Below, in pieces: positions 18,192-28,425 of a stretch of DNA of 33,514 nt. Each line of letters opens with the position of its first letter. The stretch's first letter is position 1. The DNA is from Gemmatimonadota bacterium (lineage in GTDB: Bacteria > Gemmatimonadota > Gemmatimonadetes > Gemmatimonadales > GWC2-71-9): the NCBI GenBank assembly GCA_039586365.1, contig JBDHKN010000052.1:1-33514 (forward strand). Reading direction: 5' to 3'. The position numbers and the translations under genes were made by a program. The notes below the pieces were generated by a model, which saw nothing but the letters and a program-made list of their open reading frames with translations, made no database searches and was not told where the DNA came from.

Positions 18192-20048
18192 ATGTGCGGA
18201 ATCTACGGAATGGTATCCTTGGGCACCTCGGCTCCAAAGCGACCCGGGTGGCTCGAATCCATGGGTCGAATGCTGCGGCACCGTGGCCCCGACGGCCACG
18301 GCACAGAGGCGGTTGAGACCGCGGTTTTCGGGGCGGAGCGTTTGCGCGTCATCGACCCCAGTCCCGCTGGCGATCAGCCGTTCACAGATCCTTCCGGGCA
18401 GATCTTGCTCGTGCTGAATGGAGCCATCTACAACGCGCCGGACCTACGTGCCCGTTACGCGACTTTCCCTTTCCGGTCGAGGTCCGACGTCGAGACCGTG
18501 CTTCCACTGTACCTGGACCGCGGGTGCGCCGGCATCGAGGAATTGGACGGGATGTTTGCTCTGGCGATTTACGATGGACGGAAGCAGGAATTGATCCTGG
18601 GGCGAGACCGCGCAGGGGAGAAACCACTCTTCTACCGTTCATTCCAGAACGAAGTTTGGTTCGCTTCGGAAGTCCAAGCTTTGCTTGACGCTACTACCTG
18701 CCACCACACGCTGGACACTGCTGCGATCGGTGAATTCCTCGTTCTGGGATATGTGCCGGAGCCGCGAACGATGTTCGCGGACATTAGGAAGGTGGAGGCC
18801 GGTACTCTCAAGGTGATGAGTCCTCGCGGGCAGAGTACCAAGGAGTACTGGAACCCGGACAGCGAGACACATGACAAAAAGTACCCGTCCCAGCCAATCG
18901 ATGACCTCGAGTCTTTGCTGACACGATCGGTAGCCAAGCAACTTACTGCGGACGTGCCCATCGGCATCTTCACTAGTGGCGGGGTCGATTCGTCCCTGCT
19001 GGCTGCGCTGGCCGTGCACCTTGTGGGGCCGGAGCGGGTTCGCACCTTTAGCGTTGGCTTTGCGGACCGGGCATACGACGAGAGCCGGCACGCGCAAGCG
19101 GTGGCTAGATACCTCGGTACTCGACACGAGTCGGTACGGACTGACGAAAGGTCTCTCTCCGAGTCGCTGCGCACCGTGGTCGATCGGATCGCAGAGCCAA
19201 TCGCCGATCCAGCCGTGCTACCTACCTACCTACTGGCCCGTACAGCGCGTGATCATGTCACAGTAGCCTTGAGCGGTGAGGGGGCCGACGAGCTGTTCGG
19301 TGGGTACCCAACCTACCTGGGACACAGAGTGGCAGCGTGGTACACCAAATCACCTGGTTGGCTCCGTGGATCGCTGCGCCAGATGGTCGAGACGCTGCCC
19401 GTATGTCACCGCAGGAAGGTATCGCTCGAGTACCTGCTCAAGAGGTTCGCGACAGCCGTGGAGGAACCGGTGTACCAGCGGCATCTTAGTTGGTTTGGCA
19501 CCGGGCTTGGAGTGGCACTGACCGCCGAATGCCGGGCGAGCCTCGAAGAGACATTGCCGCGGTTCCCGAGCGGCGGTGACGATGTCGAGCGGGCCACCTT
19601 GTTCGACTACCGCACCTACCTGCGTGACAACCTGTTGACCAAGGTGGACAGAGCCACCATGCTTTCTTCCTTGGAGGCCCGGGCACCCTACCTTGACACT
19701 GATGTGACGCGGTTTGCTCTGGCGCTGGATTCGTCACTGAAGGTGCGAGGGAGCACCACCAAATGGCTCCTAAAGAACGTCGCCCGGCGCTGGCTGCCGC
19801 GGACCGTCGCCAACCGGAGGAAGGGTGGCCTCAGCGTCCCTATCGCGCAGTGGTTGAACGGGGGATTACGTGAGGACGTCGACCGGTTGCTCCCAACGGC
19901 GCGGCTCGAACATCTAGATCTGATACAACCTGCTGTAATACAGCAACTTGTGAGAGAGCATCGGACCGGCCGGGCCAATCATGGTCGGGCTATATGGACA
20001 CTACTGATGCTCGCGTACTGGAAAGAACGTTGGGCCGCGGAGGGCTAG
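18192..20048 (+). CDS. asnB: Asparagine synthase-like glutamine amidotransferase
   Basis: MCGI Ntn nucleophile, HRGPD, RDRAGEKPL, SGGVDSS, SGEGADELFGGY, LTKVDR..M..SLEAR.P.L. Confidence 0.92.
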   Translation: MCGIYGMVSLGTSAPKRPGWLESMGRMLRHRGPDGHGTEAVETAVFGAERLRVIDPSPAGDQPFTDPSGQILLVLNGAIYNAPDLRARYATFPFRSRSDVETVLPLYLDRGCAGIEELDGMFALAIYDGRKQELILGRDRAGEKPLFYRSFQNEVWFASEVQALLDATTCHHTLDTAAIGEFLVLGYVPEPRTMFADIRKVEAGTLKVMSPRGQSTKEYWNPDSETHDKKYPSQPIDDLESLLTRSVAKQLTADVPIGIFTSGGVDSSLLAALAVHLVGPERVRTFSVGFADRAYDESRHAQAVARYLGTRHESVRTDERSLSESLRTVVDRIAEPIADPAVLPTYLLARTARDHVTVALSGEGADELFGGYPTYLGHRVAAWYTKSPGWLRGSLRQMVETLPVCHRRKVSLEYLLKRFATAVEEPVYQRHLSWFGTGLGVALTAECRASLEETLPRFPSGGDDVERATLFDYRTYLRDNLLTKVDRATMLSSLEARAPYLDTDVTRFALALDSSLKVRGSTTKWLLKNVARRWLPRTVANRRKGGLSVPIAQWLNGGLREDVDRLLPTARLEHLDLIQPAVIQQLVREHRTGRANHGRAIWTLLMLAYWKERWAAEG

Positions 20049-20054
20049 AGGAAC

Positions 20055-20633
20055 ATGATGAGCCGTGAAGAAGCACTCGCGTTGATGCACGAATACACAC
20101 CCTCGGACGCCCTGCGCAAGCATATGTACGGGGTCGAAGCAGCGATGCGCGCCTACGCGCTTAGGCGTGGCGAAGATGAGGATGCGTGGGGCTTAGTCGG
20201 CCTATTGCATGATTTCGACTATGAGCGCTATCCCAATCACGAGCACTCATCCACCGAGGGGCATCCGTCGTTCGGAGTCAGTGTGCTCAGGGAACGTGGC
20301 CTTCCTGAGGTTCTGTGTGAGGCCATAATGGGCCACGCGAGCTACACTGGGGTGCCGCGCACCTCACTCGTGGCCAAGACTCTCTTCGCTGTGGATGAGC
20401 TATGTGGCTTCCTGGTAGCCTGCGCTCTCGTCAGGCCCTCTAAGAGTCTGTCTGACCTAACAGTCAAGAGCGTCAAGAAGAAACTGAAGGACAAGGCCTT
20501 CGCCCGAGCAGTGAGCAGGGAAGAGGTGTATAAGGGTGCCGAAGAACTGGAAATCCCCTTCGAAGACCACGTCCAGTTCACGATCGAGGCCCTGAGGCCA
20601 GTGGAACAGGAACTTGGCCTGGGCCAGGGGTGA
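20055..20633 (+). CDS. HD-domain predicted hydrolase
   Basis: LRKH...VEA.M, GLLHDFDYE, H, GHA, AVDEL.G, KKKLKDKAFA. Confidence 0.88.
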   Translation: MMSREEALALMHEYTPSDALRKHMYGVEAAMRAYALRRGEDEDAWGLVGLLHDFDYERYPNHEHSSTEGHPSFGVSVLRERGLPEVLCEAIMGHASYTGVPRTSLVAKTLFAVDELCGFLVACALVRPSKSLSDLTVKSVKKKLKDKAFARAVSREEVYKGAEELEIPFEDHVQFTIEALRPVEQELGLGQG

Positions 20634-20709
20634 AGGAACCTCGACCCCCCAAGGAGTCAGGGCATCCCCCCCACCTCAACGCCAATCAGCCCAAGCGCGT
20701 AATAGAGGT

Positions 20710-21261
20710 ATGGAGGACGCTGAGCTAGCTGCTCTCGCCCACGCGGGCGATCGAGAAGCGTTCGGCGAGCTGGTGCGGAGGTTTGCCGGCCAGGCGCGGC
20801 GCGTAGCCCGAGCAGTGCTCGGCAGCGACGCTGACGCCGACGACGCAGCACAGGACGCATTTCTGGCCGCGCTGAAAAGCCTCGGACGGTACGATCCGAC
20901 CAGGCCCTTCGGCCCCTGGCTCATGCGGATCGTGGCAAACGCGGCGACCGATCGGCGGCGGCGCCAGAAGGTGCGAGCGGCCGTGCAGATTTCGCCTCAG
21001 ACACCGTCTACTGAGGCACGGCCCGATCAAGTAGCACTGCGACTGGAGTTCCACAGCGCCTTGAAGACAGCACTCCGGTCGCTGCCGGAGCGACGCAGGA
21101 TAGCGGTGGTCTTGTTTGATGTAGAGGGATACTCGCATCAGGAGATCGCGGAGGTACTGAACGTTCCTGTGGGAACGGTACGATCAGATGTCTTTCACGC
21201 CCGGCGGGCGCTGCGTGCAGCCCTGGCCCAGTGGAAGAATCCGAAGGAGGAAATCGTATGA
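20710..21261 (+). CDS. ECF sigma-70 factor
   Basis: GDREAF..LV, DA.DAAQDAF, F..WL.RIV.N...D, LP...R, EG.S.QEIA..L.VP.GTVRS...AR. Start ATG 20710 after GAGG. Confidence 0.93.
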   Translation: MEDAELAALAHAGDREAFGELVRRFAGQARRVARAVLGSDADADDAAQDAFLAALKSLGRYDPTRPFGPWLMRIVANAATDRRRRQKVRAAVQISPQTPSTEARPDQVALRLEFHSALKTALRSLPERRRIAVVLFDVEGYSHQEIAEVLNVPVGTVRSDVFHARRALRAALAQWKNPKEEIV

Positions 21262-21635
21262 GGGGATCGCCGTTCGATCATCGACAAGACAGGGAGCTAG
21301 GAGAGACTCTGAGGGCGGTTCTGTCAGCAGAAGACGACACGAGTTTTGTGGAACGGGTGCTGGCCCGTGCAGGGGAACTTCGGCACAACGTCTATGGAGT
21401 TGAGTGGTGGGAAGTGCTGAGTGCTTGGGCCCGTCCCGGGTTGGTGGCGGCGGCAGTTGGGTTGATTGCGGGCATAACATTTTGGTTCAGCGGGATGTCT
21501 GGAAGTACAGAGAGCATGGTTGCCCTGGGAGATCCGTTGCTACCTGCGGGCGAAAGTGGACTCCCGTCCGCACTCTTTGCTGCCAGCCAACCACCGGATC
21601 TGAACGAAGTCCTGGCACTGGTAATGGGTAACTAG
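21258..21635 (+). CDS. Single-TM protein, probable anti-sigma factor
   Basis: ATGA-coupled to the ECF gene with AGGAGG RBS; short cytoplasmic N-terminus, one TM helix, short tail. Confidence 0.65.
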   Translation: MRGSPFDHRQDRELGETLRAVLSAEDDTSFVERVLARAGELRHNVYGVEWWEVLSAWARPGLVAAAVGLIAGITFWFSGMSGSTESMVALGDPLLPAGESGLPSALFAASQPPDLNEVLALVMGN

Positions 21636-21721
21636 CGGTGCCGCTACGTGAGATCTGCCTTGCCTGATCGCTGAAGACTGGGCATGAGAAAGCAGCGACC
21701 ACGTGGGAGGCAGCAAAGGCG

Positions 21722-22147
21722 GTGACTTGGATGATGGATCCATCGAGACTATGGGCGGCGACTCTGCTCCTTGCAGTATTCGCGGCAGGAGCGGTTTTCG
21801 GCGGCGTTGCTTCGCGGGCTTGGGGGATTGGAGACCCCGCTCCCGAGGTGCGACGCCGCGACCGCACCGAGTCTACTAGGCGACCTAACTACGCTGAACG
21901 GCTCGAGATAGAACTCAGTCTCACAACGGAGCAGCGTGCAGAGGTCGACTCCATCCTGCAGCGGCAGCAGTCTGAGATGCAGGTGTTGTGGTCGGAGATG
22001 CGTCCGCAATTCGACGCGCTTCGTGACGGGGTTCGTGACCAGATTATGGCGATTCTCTACGAGGATCAACAGGCGAAATACCGCGAGCTGATGGCTCGCA
22101 GCGATCGCTGGGGAGACAGGGAACGTGGAACAACGAATCACAGATAG
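21722..22147 (+). CDS. Membrane-anchored helical LTxxQ protein (Spy/CpxP/ZraP-like)
   Basis: N-terminal hydrophobic segment; 'ELSLTTEQRAEVDSIL' and degenerate 'ILYEDQQAKY'. Confidence 0.65.
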   Translation: MTWMMDPSRLWAATLLLAVFAAGAVFGGVASRAWGIGDPAPEVRRRDRTESTRRPNYAERLEIELSLTTEQRAEVDSILQRQQSEMQVLWSEMRPQFDALRDGVRDQIMAILYEDQQAKYRELMARSDRWGDRERGTTNHR

Positions 22148-23414
22148 AGGCCTAATACTGGCGCTGCTTGCTTCGGTTGCAGCGACATCGCTGCTCGCCC
22201 AGACCCAAGCCGTCACATTGGAGCAGGCGGTTCAACTCGCGCTCGACGCTCAGCCAGCGATGGTGCAAGCCCGCGGACAGGTCGAGTCGGCGGACGCGAC
22301 CAAGCTTTCGTGGTACGGCAGCTGGCTACCGACACTCTCGGCAAGCTCCTCGGCCAGCACCAACTCCAGCACGCGCTGGAGTAACGAAACGCAAACGACT
22401 ATCACTGGCTCCTCCCAGTCGTATTCTGGTGGTATCTCGATGTCACTGACGCTATTCGACGGTTTGAGCCGGCTCGCCGAAGGGCGCGCTGCCAACGCCG
22501 ACATCGAAAGCGCGGATGCGTCGTTGGTGAACCAAACGTTCCAGACGATGCTTCAGACCAAGCAGGCCTTTTTCAGCGCTGTGTCTGCAGAGGAGCTGGT
22601 GCGAATCTCGGATACGCGAATCGAACGGGCAACTGAGCAGCTCAACATAGCAAAGGAGAAGCTTGCGGCGGGCACTGCAACTCGATCCGACACACTACGT
22701 TCTTTCGTCGAGGTCGCGAACGCGCGGTTGCAGCGTCTGAACGCTGTCACTCAGCTGGCGATGGCGGAGGCAAACCTTGCACGGCTCATAGGAGCTGACG
22801 GTTCGGTGCGAGCCGTGCGCGAAGATCGCCTTTTCGAGTTGGTCGACCTCGATACTGCAGCATTGAGAGAAGATGCATTGGTCCGGTCGCCTACGATCCT
22901 GGCAGCCGAAGCGGCGGTGAAGTCAGCGAGAGCACAGTTTGGCACCATTTACTCGCAGTATCTGCCGCGGGCCTCGATGTCATATTCCAGGTCTTGGTCT
23001 GGCAACCAGTGGCTCACGCTCAACCCGAGTTGGTCGGTCAGACTCGGCTTTTCCTGGACGATCTTCAACGGCTTCAGCCGTGAGTTGACGCGGACGCAGA
23101 GGATAATAAGCCTGGATAACGCACGGGCCCAGGCAGCAGACACGTACCGCCAAGCCAACGCCCAATTGACCCAGTATCTCGCTGCTCTGGCAGCGGCACG
23201 CACCAGTCTCGAGATTGCACAAGCCAATCAGGCCGCGTCTGAAGAGGATCTTCGGGTACAGAGAGAGCGCTATCGTGTAGGTGCCGCGACGATCGTGGAC
23301 GTGCTCGCATCCCAGGTGAACCTCGACCAGGCTGAGGTCGACATCGTTCAGGCATCCCTGGATTATCTCGTGGCGAAAGCGCAGATCGAGGCGCTAGTGG
23401 GGAGAGAACTATGA
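22125..23414 (+). CDS. TolC family outer-membrane efflux protein
   Basis: Signal peptide, TLEQAV..AL, WLP.L / YLP repeats, LFDG / IFNG, RY..GA.T..DVL. Confidence 0.92.
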   Translation: MEQRITDRGLILALLASVAATSLLAQTQAVTLEQAVQLALDAQPAMVQARGQVESADATKLSWYGSWLPTLSASSSASTNSSTRWSNETQTTITGSSQSYSGGISMSLTLFDGLSRLAEGRAANADIESADASLVNQTFQTMLQTKQAFFSAVSAEELVRISDTRIERATEQLNIAKEKLAAGTATRSDTLRSFVEVANARLQRLNAVTQLAMAEANLARLIGADGSVRAVREDRLFELVDLDTAALREDALVRSPTILAAEAAVKSARAQFGTIYSQYLPRASMSYSRSWSGNQWLTLNPSWSVRLGFSWTIFNGFSRELTRTQRIISLDNARAQAADTYRQANAQLTQYLAALAAARTSLEIAQANQAASEEDLRVQRERYRVGAATIVDVLASQVNLDQAEVDIVQASLDYLVAKAQIEALVGREL

Positions 23415-24154
23415 GCAGCATCAAGCACATCGATTTTCATACCGGTGACATACCAACCCCGGACGTCATCATCCTGGCGCACAAGCTGACACGAGACTAC
23501 GTGCTGGGCGCTGAGGTGGTCCACGCTCTGAGAGCTGTGAATCTCCAGATTCGGCGCAACGAGTTCACAGCGATCATGGGCCCGTCCGGATCGGGTAAGT
23601 CCACTCTGATGAACCTCCTCGGGTGCCTCGACACTCCAACGGCGGGGGAATACTGGCTCAACTCACAGAAAGTGAGTGAGCTGGAGGATGACGAGTTGGC
23701 CCGAATCCGTAACAAGGAGATCGGTTTCGTCTTTCAAACTTTCAATCTCCTACCTCGTGCCACGGCACTACACAACGTCGAGCTGCCGCTCATCTATGCG
23801 GGGGTCTCAGCGAAAACGCGCCGGGAGCGCGCGGCAGAAGCGCTCGGCAAAGTCGGTCTTGGTGACCGGATGGCGCACCGTCCCAGCGAGATCTCTGGTG
23901 GGGAGCGGCAGCGCGTGGCCATCGCCAGGGCCCTGGTGAATGACCCGAGCATCTTGCTGGCAGACGAACCTACAGGCAACCTGGATAGTCATACCAGCGC
24001 CGAGATCATGGAAGTAATGGAGAAGCTACACGATACTGGGCAGACAATCGTGCTCATCACGCACGAGCGCGACATCGCTGCCCACGCGAGCCGCCAGATC
24101 CACCTATTGGACGGCATGATTGAACAGGACGTGATAACCGAGAGAACAGCATGA
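23411..24154 (+). CDS. ABC transporter ATP-binding protein (LolD/MacB type)
   Basis: Walker [48 protein letters not shown]. Confidence 0.96.
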   Translation: MSSIKHIDFHTGDIPTPDVIILAHKLTRDYVLGAEVVHALRAVNLQIRRNEFTAIMGPSGSGKSTLMNLLGCLDTPTAGEYWLNSQKVSELEDDELARIRNKEIGFVFQTFNLLPRATALHNVELPLIYAGVSAKTRRERAAEALGKVGLGDRMAHRPSEISGGERQRVAIARALVNDPSILLADEPTGNLDSHTSAEIMEVMEKLHDTGQTIVLITHERDIAAHASRQIHLLDGMIEQDVITERTA

Positions 24155-25668
24155 AGCGCATGGGAATTGTAGCCGTCCTACTGGCGGCCATCGCAGTAGT
24201 TGCCTTCGTCGTGCTCCGCAACGGCGAGGAGACCCTGGCACCGGTCTATCAGAAGGTACCGGTCACCTCCCGCAACATCGTTGTATCCGCAAGCGCCGCG
24301 GGATCGATAGAACCTATCACCACGGTCGAGGTCAAGTCGAAGGCCTCAGGAGAGCTCTACGAGGTCAGGGCCGAGACGGGTGACGTGGTGAGAGCAGGGA
24401 CGATTCTGATTAGGGTTGACCCACGTATTCCCCAGAACACGCTGCGTCAGGCGGAGGCAGACCTGGAACTGGCTCAGGCTCAGTTAGACAACGCGATGTC
24501 GCAGCTCAGACGCTCCGAGGAGCTGTTTGGGACGCAGTCGATAACGGAACAGGAATACGACACGGCGAAACTCTCCGTCGCGAGTGCCAGGGCCCAGCTG
24601 GTGCGTGCCGAGCGCTCTCTGGAGGACGCCCGCATTGCGGCGGAAGATACTGAGGTGAAGGCACCGATCACCGGCGTGATCATTCAGAAGAACGTCGAAG
24701 TCGGGTCGGTCATCTCCTCTGCTACCGGCAACGTGAGTGGGGGGACGGTGCTGATGCAGATGGCCAACCTGGACACGGTGCAGGTCCGCGCGCTCGTTGA
24801 TGAGACCGACATTGGGAAGATCCAGCCGGGGATGGATGTCACCATCCAAGTGGACGCCTTTAGGAACCGCCCGTTCACCGGCCAGGTCTTGAAGATCGAG
24901 CCCCTGGCCACGGTAACGCAGAACGTCACCATGTTCCCGGTGCTAGTCCGCATTCCGAATCCGGAGAGCCTGCTCAAGCCGGGCATGAACACCGAAGTTG
25001 AGGTTCACGTTGGCTCCCGTGAGGGGGTGATGGCCATCCCCAACGCCGCTTTGAGAACGCAGGACGACGTATACTCAGCCGGCGCAGTTCTCGGACTGAG
25101 TCCAGAGACGGTGCAGGAGCAGCTGGCAGCTGCCCGACGGGCTGCTAGTGGTGGCAATCAGCAGGTACCAGGGGAGGGCGTAGATGATGGCACGGTGATG
25201 TGGCGTGGAACTCCCGTCAAGCTTCCGGAAGGTCTGTCGGCTGATGAGGTCCAGTCGGTTCTCGCGAAGGTCGAGAGTGCGAGCGACATGCGCTCGGTCT
25301 TTCAATCTCTCAGCGTCAGGGAACGGACGATAATGCGCCAGATGAGCGAGGCGGCTGGCGGCGGTATGCGACCAGGTGGCGGAATGGGAGGCGGGCAGCA
25401 GAGGAGCACCAGCTCCGCCAACGCCGCACTACTCGGCGGAGACTACATCGTCTTCGTGATGCGGAACGGAGCGCCTACCGCGGTGCCAGTAAAGACCGGC
25501 CTCACCGATCTCGACTACTCTGAAGTCGAGTCAGGCCTGACAGCCGCCGACACAGTACTTATTCTGCCCAGCGCGAGTTTGCTAGCTAGCCAGCAGGAGA
25601 TGCAGGAGCGGATGGCGCGCATGACTAGCGGCGTTCCAGGAGCGCCGGGCGGCGGACCGCGTCGGTAA
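24151..25668 (+). CDS. MacA-like periplasmic adaptor (MFP)
   Basis: N-terminal anchor, VEVKSKASG, coiled hairpin, [27 protein letters not shown]....EV.SGL..D.V. Confidence 0.93.
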   Translation: MKRMGIVAVLLAAIAVVAFVVLRNGEETLAPVYQKVPVTSRNIVVSASAAGSIEPITTVEVKSKASGELYEVRAETGDVVRAGTILIRVDPRIPQNTLRQAEADLELAQAQLDNAMSQLRRSEELFGTQSITEQEYDTAKLSVASARAQLVRAERSLEDARIAAEDTEVKAPITGVIIQKNVEVGSVISSATGNVSGGTVLMQMANLDTVQVRALVDETDIGKIQPGMDVTIQVDAFRNRPFTGQVLKIEPLATVTQNVTMFPVLVRIPNPESLLKPGMNTEVEVHVGSREGVMAIPNAALRTQDDVYSAGAVLGLSPETVQEQLAAARRAASGGNQQVPGEGVDDGTVMWRGTPVKLPEGLSADEVQSVLAKVESASDMRSVFQSLSVRERTIMRQMSEAAGGGMRPGGGMGGGQQRSTSSANAALLGGDYIVFVMRNGAPTAVPVKTGLTDLDYSEVESGLTAADTVLILPSASLLASQQEMQERMARMTSGVPGAPGGGPRR

Positions 25669-25708
25669 CCGATAACCTGTAGCCAAACGCTACGGAGGAA
25701 GGAAACTC

Positions 25709-26923
25709 ATGCTCTTTGGCGAGATCATCGGGGTTGCGTTGGGCGCGATCCGGGCTAACAAGCTCCGCTCATTCCTCACGATGCTGGGTATCGTGATCGG
25801 CGTCGGCGCAGTCATTACGATGGTAGCTCTCGGATCCGGCGCGCAGAAGGACGTGCAGGACCGCATACAAGCGCTCGGCACAAACCTCTTACAGGTGACT
25901 GCGGGCCAGTCGTTCCATCGCGGAGTGGCCAGCGCCGAACGGGTGAGTCTGACGACGGACGACTACGAGGCGCTCAAGCGGGATGCCGGTGCACTGAAAG
26001 CTGTGGTACCGGAGATCAGACGCGGTCAGCAGGTCGAGTACGGTAACCGCAACATCAACGTGACCGTCACCGGAACCGTACCGGACTACTTGCCCGTGAA
26101 CAACTACGAGATCGAATACGGTCGCATGTTCACGACCGGTGACGTTAGTTCGCGCAAGCGGGTGGCGGTGATCGGCCACCAGGTGCCAGAGAATCTCGAG
26201 GCAAACGGAGCTGCCATGATCGGCCAGCAACTGCTGATACGTGGCATTCCGTTCGAGGTGGTTGGAGTGTTGGCAGAGAAGGGCTCCACGGGTGGGTGGG
26301 ACAATCCCGACGAGAACATCCTCATACCGCTCACGACGGCTCAGCACCGCATCTTCGGCAGCGACCGAGTGAACTCGATCAACGTTCAGGTGGCCCATCC
26401 CGACTCGATGACCATCGCCATGATCGAGATCGAACGCGTGTTGCGACGTGAGCACGGGATCGCACCTGGGAGAGACAACGATTTCAGTATCCGGAATCGT
26501 AGAGAGATGCTCGCGACATTCGAGGAGACTACTCAGACGTTCACCTTCCTGTTGGGAGGCATCGCGGCGGTGAGCCTGCTAGTGGGCGGTATCGGGATCA
26601 TGAACATCATGCTCGTGTCGGTGACCGAGCGCACGCGGGAAATCGGAGTGCGCAAGGCTCTGGGTGCTACCCGGCAGAACATCATGTTGCAGTTCCTCGT
26701 GGAAGCGCTGGTTCTGTGCATGATGGGTGGCATCGTCGGGATCTTGTTGGGAACCGGTGGCGCAGTCGCGCTGTCAAAGCTCGCTAACTGGAACACATTC
26801 GTGTCGCCACAGGCCATTATGGTGGCATTCGCTTTCAGTGCCATCGTCGGGGTCTTCTTTGGCCTGTGGCCGGCGCGCCGGGCATCGGCGCTGGACCCGA
26901 TCGAGGCGCTAAGATACGAATAG
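25709..26923 (+). CDS. MacB/FtsX-like ABC permease
   Basis: NKLRSFLTMLGIVIG, VGGIGIMNIMLVSVTERTREIGVRKALGA, PARRAS.LDPIEALRYE. Confidence 0.96.
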   Translation: MLFGEIIGVALGAIRANKLRSFLTMLGIVIGVGAVITMVALGSGAQKDVQDRIQALGTNLLQVTAGQSFHRGVASAERVSLTTDDYEALKRDAGALKAVVPEIRRGQQVEYGNRNINVTVTGTVPDYLPVNNYEIEYGRMFTTGDVSSRKRVAVIGHQVPENLEANGAAMIGQQLLIRGIPFEVVGVLAEKGSTGGWDNPDENILIPLTTAQHRIFGSDRVNSINVQVAHPDSMTIAMIEIERVLRREHGIAPGRDNDFSIRNRREMLATFEETTQTFTFLLGGIAAVSLLVGGIGIMNIMLVSVTERTREIGVRKALGATRQNIMLQFLVEALVLCMMGGIVGILLGTGGAVALSKLANWNTFVSPQAIMVAFAFSAIVGVFFGLWPARRASALDPIEALRYE

Positions 26924-27002
26924 TCAACAACTATCGGCTGTCAGCCGTCATCCGGCACCTGCCAGTCAAACCAGTAGGGGAGCGACAGCAGATGAAAGGG
27001 AG

Positions 27003-27383
27003 ATGTTCATGAGGAAGATCATCACGCTGGTGACAGGAGCGTTGCTAACTCTGGCTGTCGCCGTTCCAGCCTGGGCTCAGGACGTTGACGTCACCGGTAC
27101 GTGGGAACTCACCAGCGAGAGTCCACGGGGGACTCAGACCTCCACGATCACCTTCGAGCAAGAAGGCCCTGCGTTGAGCGGGACGATCGAGACGCGGATG
27201 GGCTCAATGCCGTTCGAGGGCGGATCAGTGGAAGGGAACACGATCACCTTCGAGATCGTGCGCTCCATGGGCGAGCGCACCATGGAGATGGCTTTAATTG
27301 TTCAAGTCGCAGGCGATACCATTACTGGAACCATGACGACGCCACGTGGCGAGACGCCGTGGACCGCGAAGCGAGTCGACTAG
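27003..27383 (+). CDS. Small secreted beta-barrel-like hypothetical protein
   Basis: Sec signal ending AWA|Q; DVTGTW motif; alternating beta strands. Confidence 0.8.
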   Translation: MFMRKIITLVTGALLTLAVAVPAWAQDVDVTGTWELTSESPRGTQTSTITFEQEGPALSGTIETRMGSMPFEGGSVEGNTITFEIVRSMGERTMEMALIVQVAGDTITGTMTTPRGETPWTAKRVD

Positions 27384-27419
27384 CCGTTCGCACTCCAGGC
27401 TACTCCGTAGACACCCCAC

Positions 27420-27453
27420 ATCGGCCCCGATTGACGCGGGGCCGATTGTTGTT
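27420..27453 (+). terminator. Probable Rho-independent terminator
   Basis: atcggccccg-attgacg-cggggccgat (10-bp perfect stem) followed by tgttgtt, just after the 27383 stop. Confidence 0.65.
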
Positions 27454-27507
27454 AGCACGAGGCCGAACTTTGCGCAATCGGACTATCTGAGACATGTTTA
27501 CGCGCTA

Positions 27508-28425
27508 ATGACCACAAAACGCTCCGCGCCTGGCCACGCGGCGATTTGCACTGTCCGCGTACCGGCTTCAACATCCAACCTGGGAGCCGGCTTCGACTGC
27601 CTCGGCCTGGCCTTGGACCTATGGCTCCAAGCAAGCGTGAAGAATGGTAGCGGCACTCCTGTCTATACCGGCACCCTTGAGCACCTCAGCTCCGAAGAGG
27701 ACTTCTTGTTCAGGACAATCGCTGGTCTGCTGCCCACCGGGACACACCTCGAGGTAGACTCCACCATCCCTGTGAGTCGCGGACTCGGATCATCAGCAGC
27801 GGCACGCGTCGCTGGACAAGTGCTGAAGAGGCTCATTGCTAAGGCACCCCTCCACCGCAAGGAGGTGTATGTCCGAGCCCGGGATCTGGAAGGGCATCCC
27901 GACAATGCCGGCCCCGCGGTGTATGGGGGGTTGGTTCTCGCTGCAGCTCGACCAACCGTGCTGCAACTGCACGAGACCCTCGGAGTCGCATTGGCAATTC
28001 CAGCACAGCCCATCAGTACAGAGCAGGCACGAACGATACTGCCACCTCAACTGCCGCGTGAGGAGGCAATCGCTCAGGCCTCCAGGGCAGCGGCTCTTCT
28101 ACTCGGCCTCACTCGCGGTGATCCGGAGCTGATCCGGCACGGGATGTCTGACGTCATTGCCACACCGCACAGAGCGCGACTCATTGTCGGCTTTGCCGAT
28201 GCAGTTGGTGCCGGTGAGCAGGCTGGTGCCTACGGCGTTGCCATCTCAGGATCCGGATCGGGCATCGTCGCGATTACGGAAAAGCGCCTGTCGTTTCGGG
28301 TTGCGGGTGCGATGGCAACCGCATTGACGCGGTCTGGGAATACCGCAGAAGGAGCCGCACCAGAAGTTGTAGAGGGGGGATTCCGAGTAGCAGCGGGCGA
28401 TGAGGGGCCGCCTGGCTCTCCCTAG
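27508..28425 (+). CDS. thrB: Homoserine kinase
   Basis: VRVPASTSNLGAGFDCLGLAL, GHMP motif PVSRGLGSSAA, EGHPDN, ISGSG. Start ATG 27508, downstream of the terminator. Confidence 0.93.
   Translation: MTTKRSAPGHAAICTVRVPASTSNLGAGFDCLGLALDLWLQASVKNGSGTPVYTGTLEHLSSEEDFLFRTIAGLLPTGTHLEVDSTIPVSRGLGSSAAARVAGQVLKRLIAKAPLHRKEVYVRARDLEGHPDNAGPAVYGGLVLAAARPTVLQLHETLGVALAIPAQPISTEQARTILPPQLPREEAIAQASRAAALLLGLTRGDPELIRHGMSDVIATPHRARLIVGFADAVGAGEQAGAYGVAISGSGSGIVAITEKRLSFRVAGAMATALTRSGNTAEGAAPEVVEGGFRVAAGDEGPPGSP

Noticed and set aside
6592..20048. Lasso-peptide cluster (RRE + AsnB-like cyclase)
   Set aside because: The AsnB has an intact Cys-initiated glutaminase domain, lies about 11 kb from the RRE and is coupled to an ArnT-like gene. 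No transglutaminase-like B2 peptidase or lasso precursor was seen.
27346..27507. N-terminal extension of thrB in the ORF track
   Set aside because: It overlaps the previous gene and spans a terminator hairpin; homology begins after ATG 27508.
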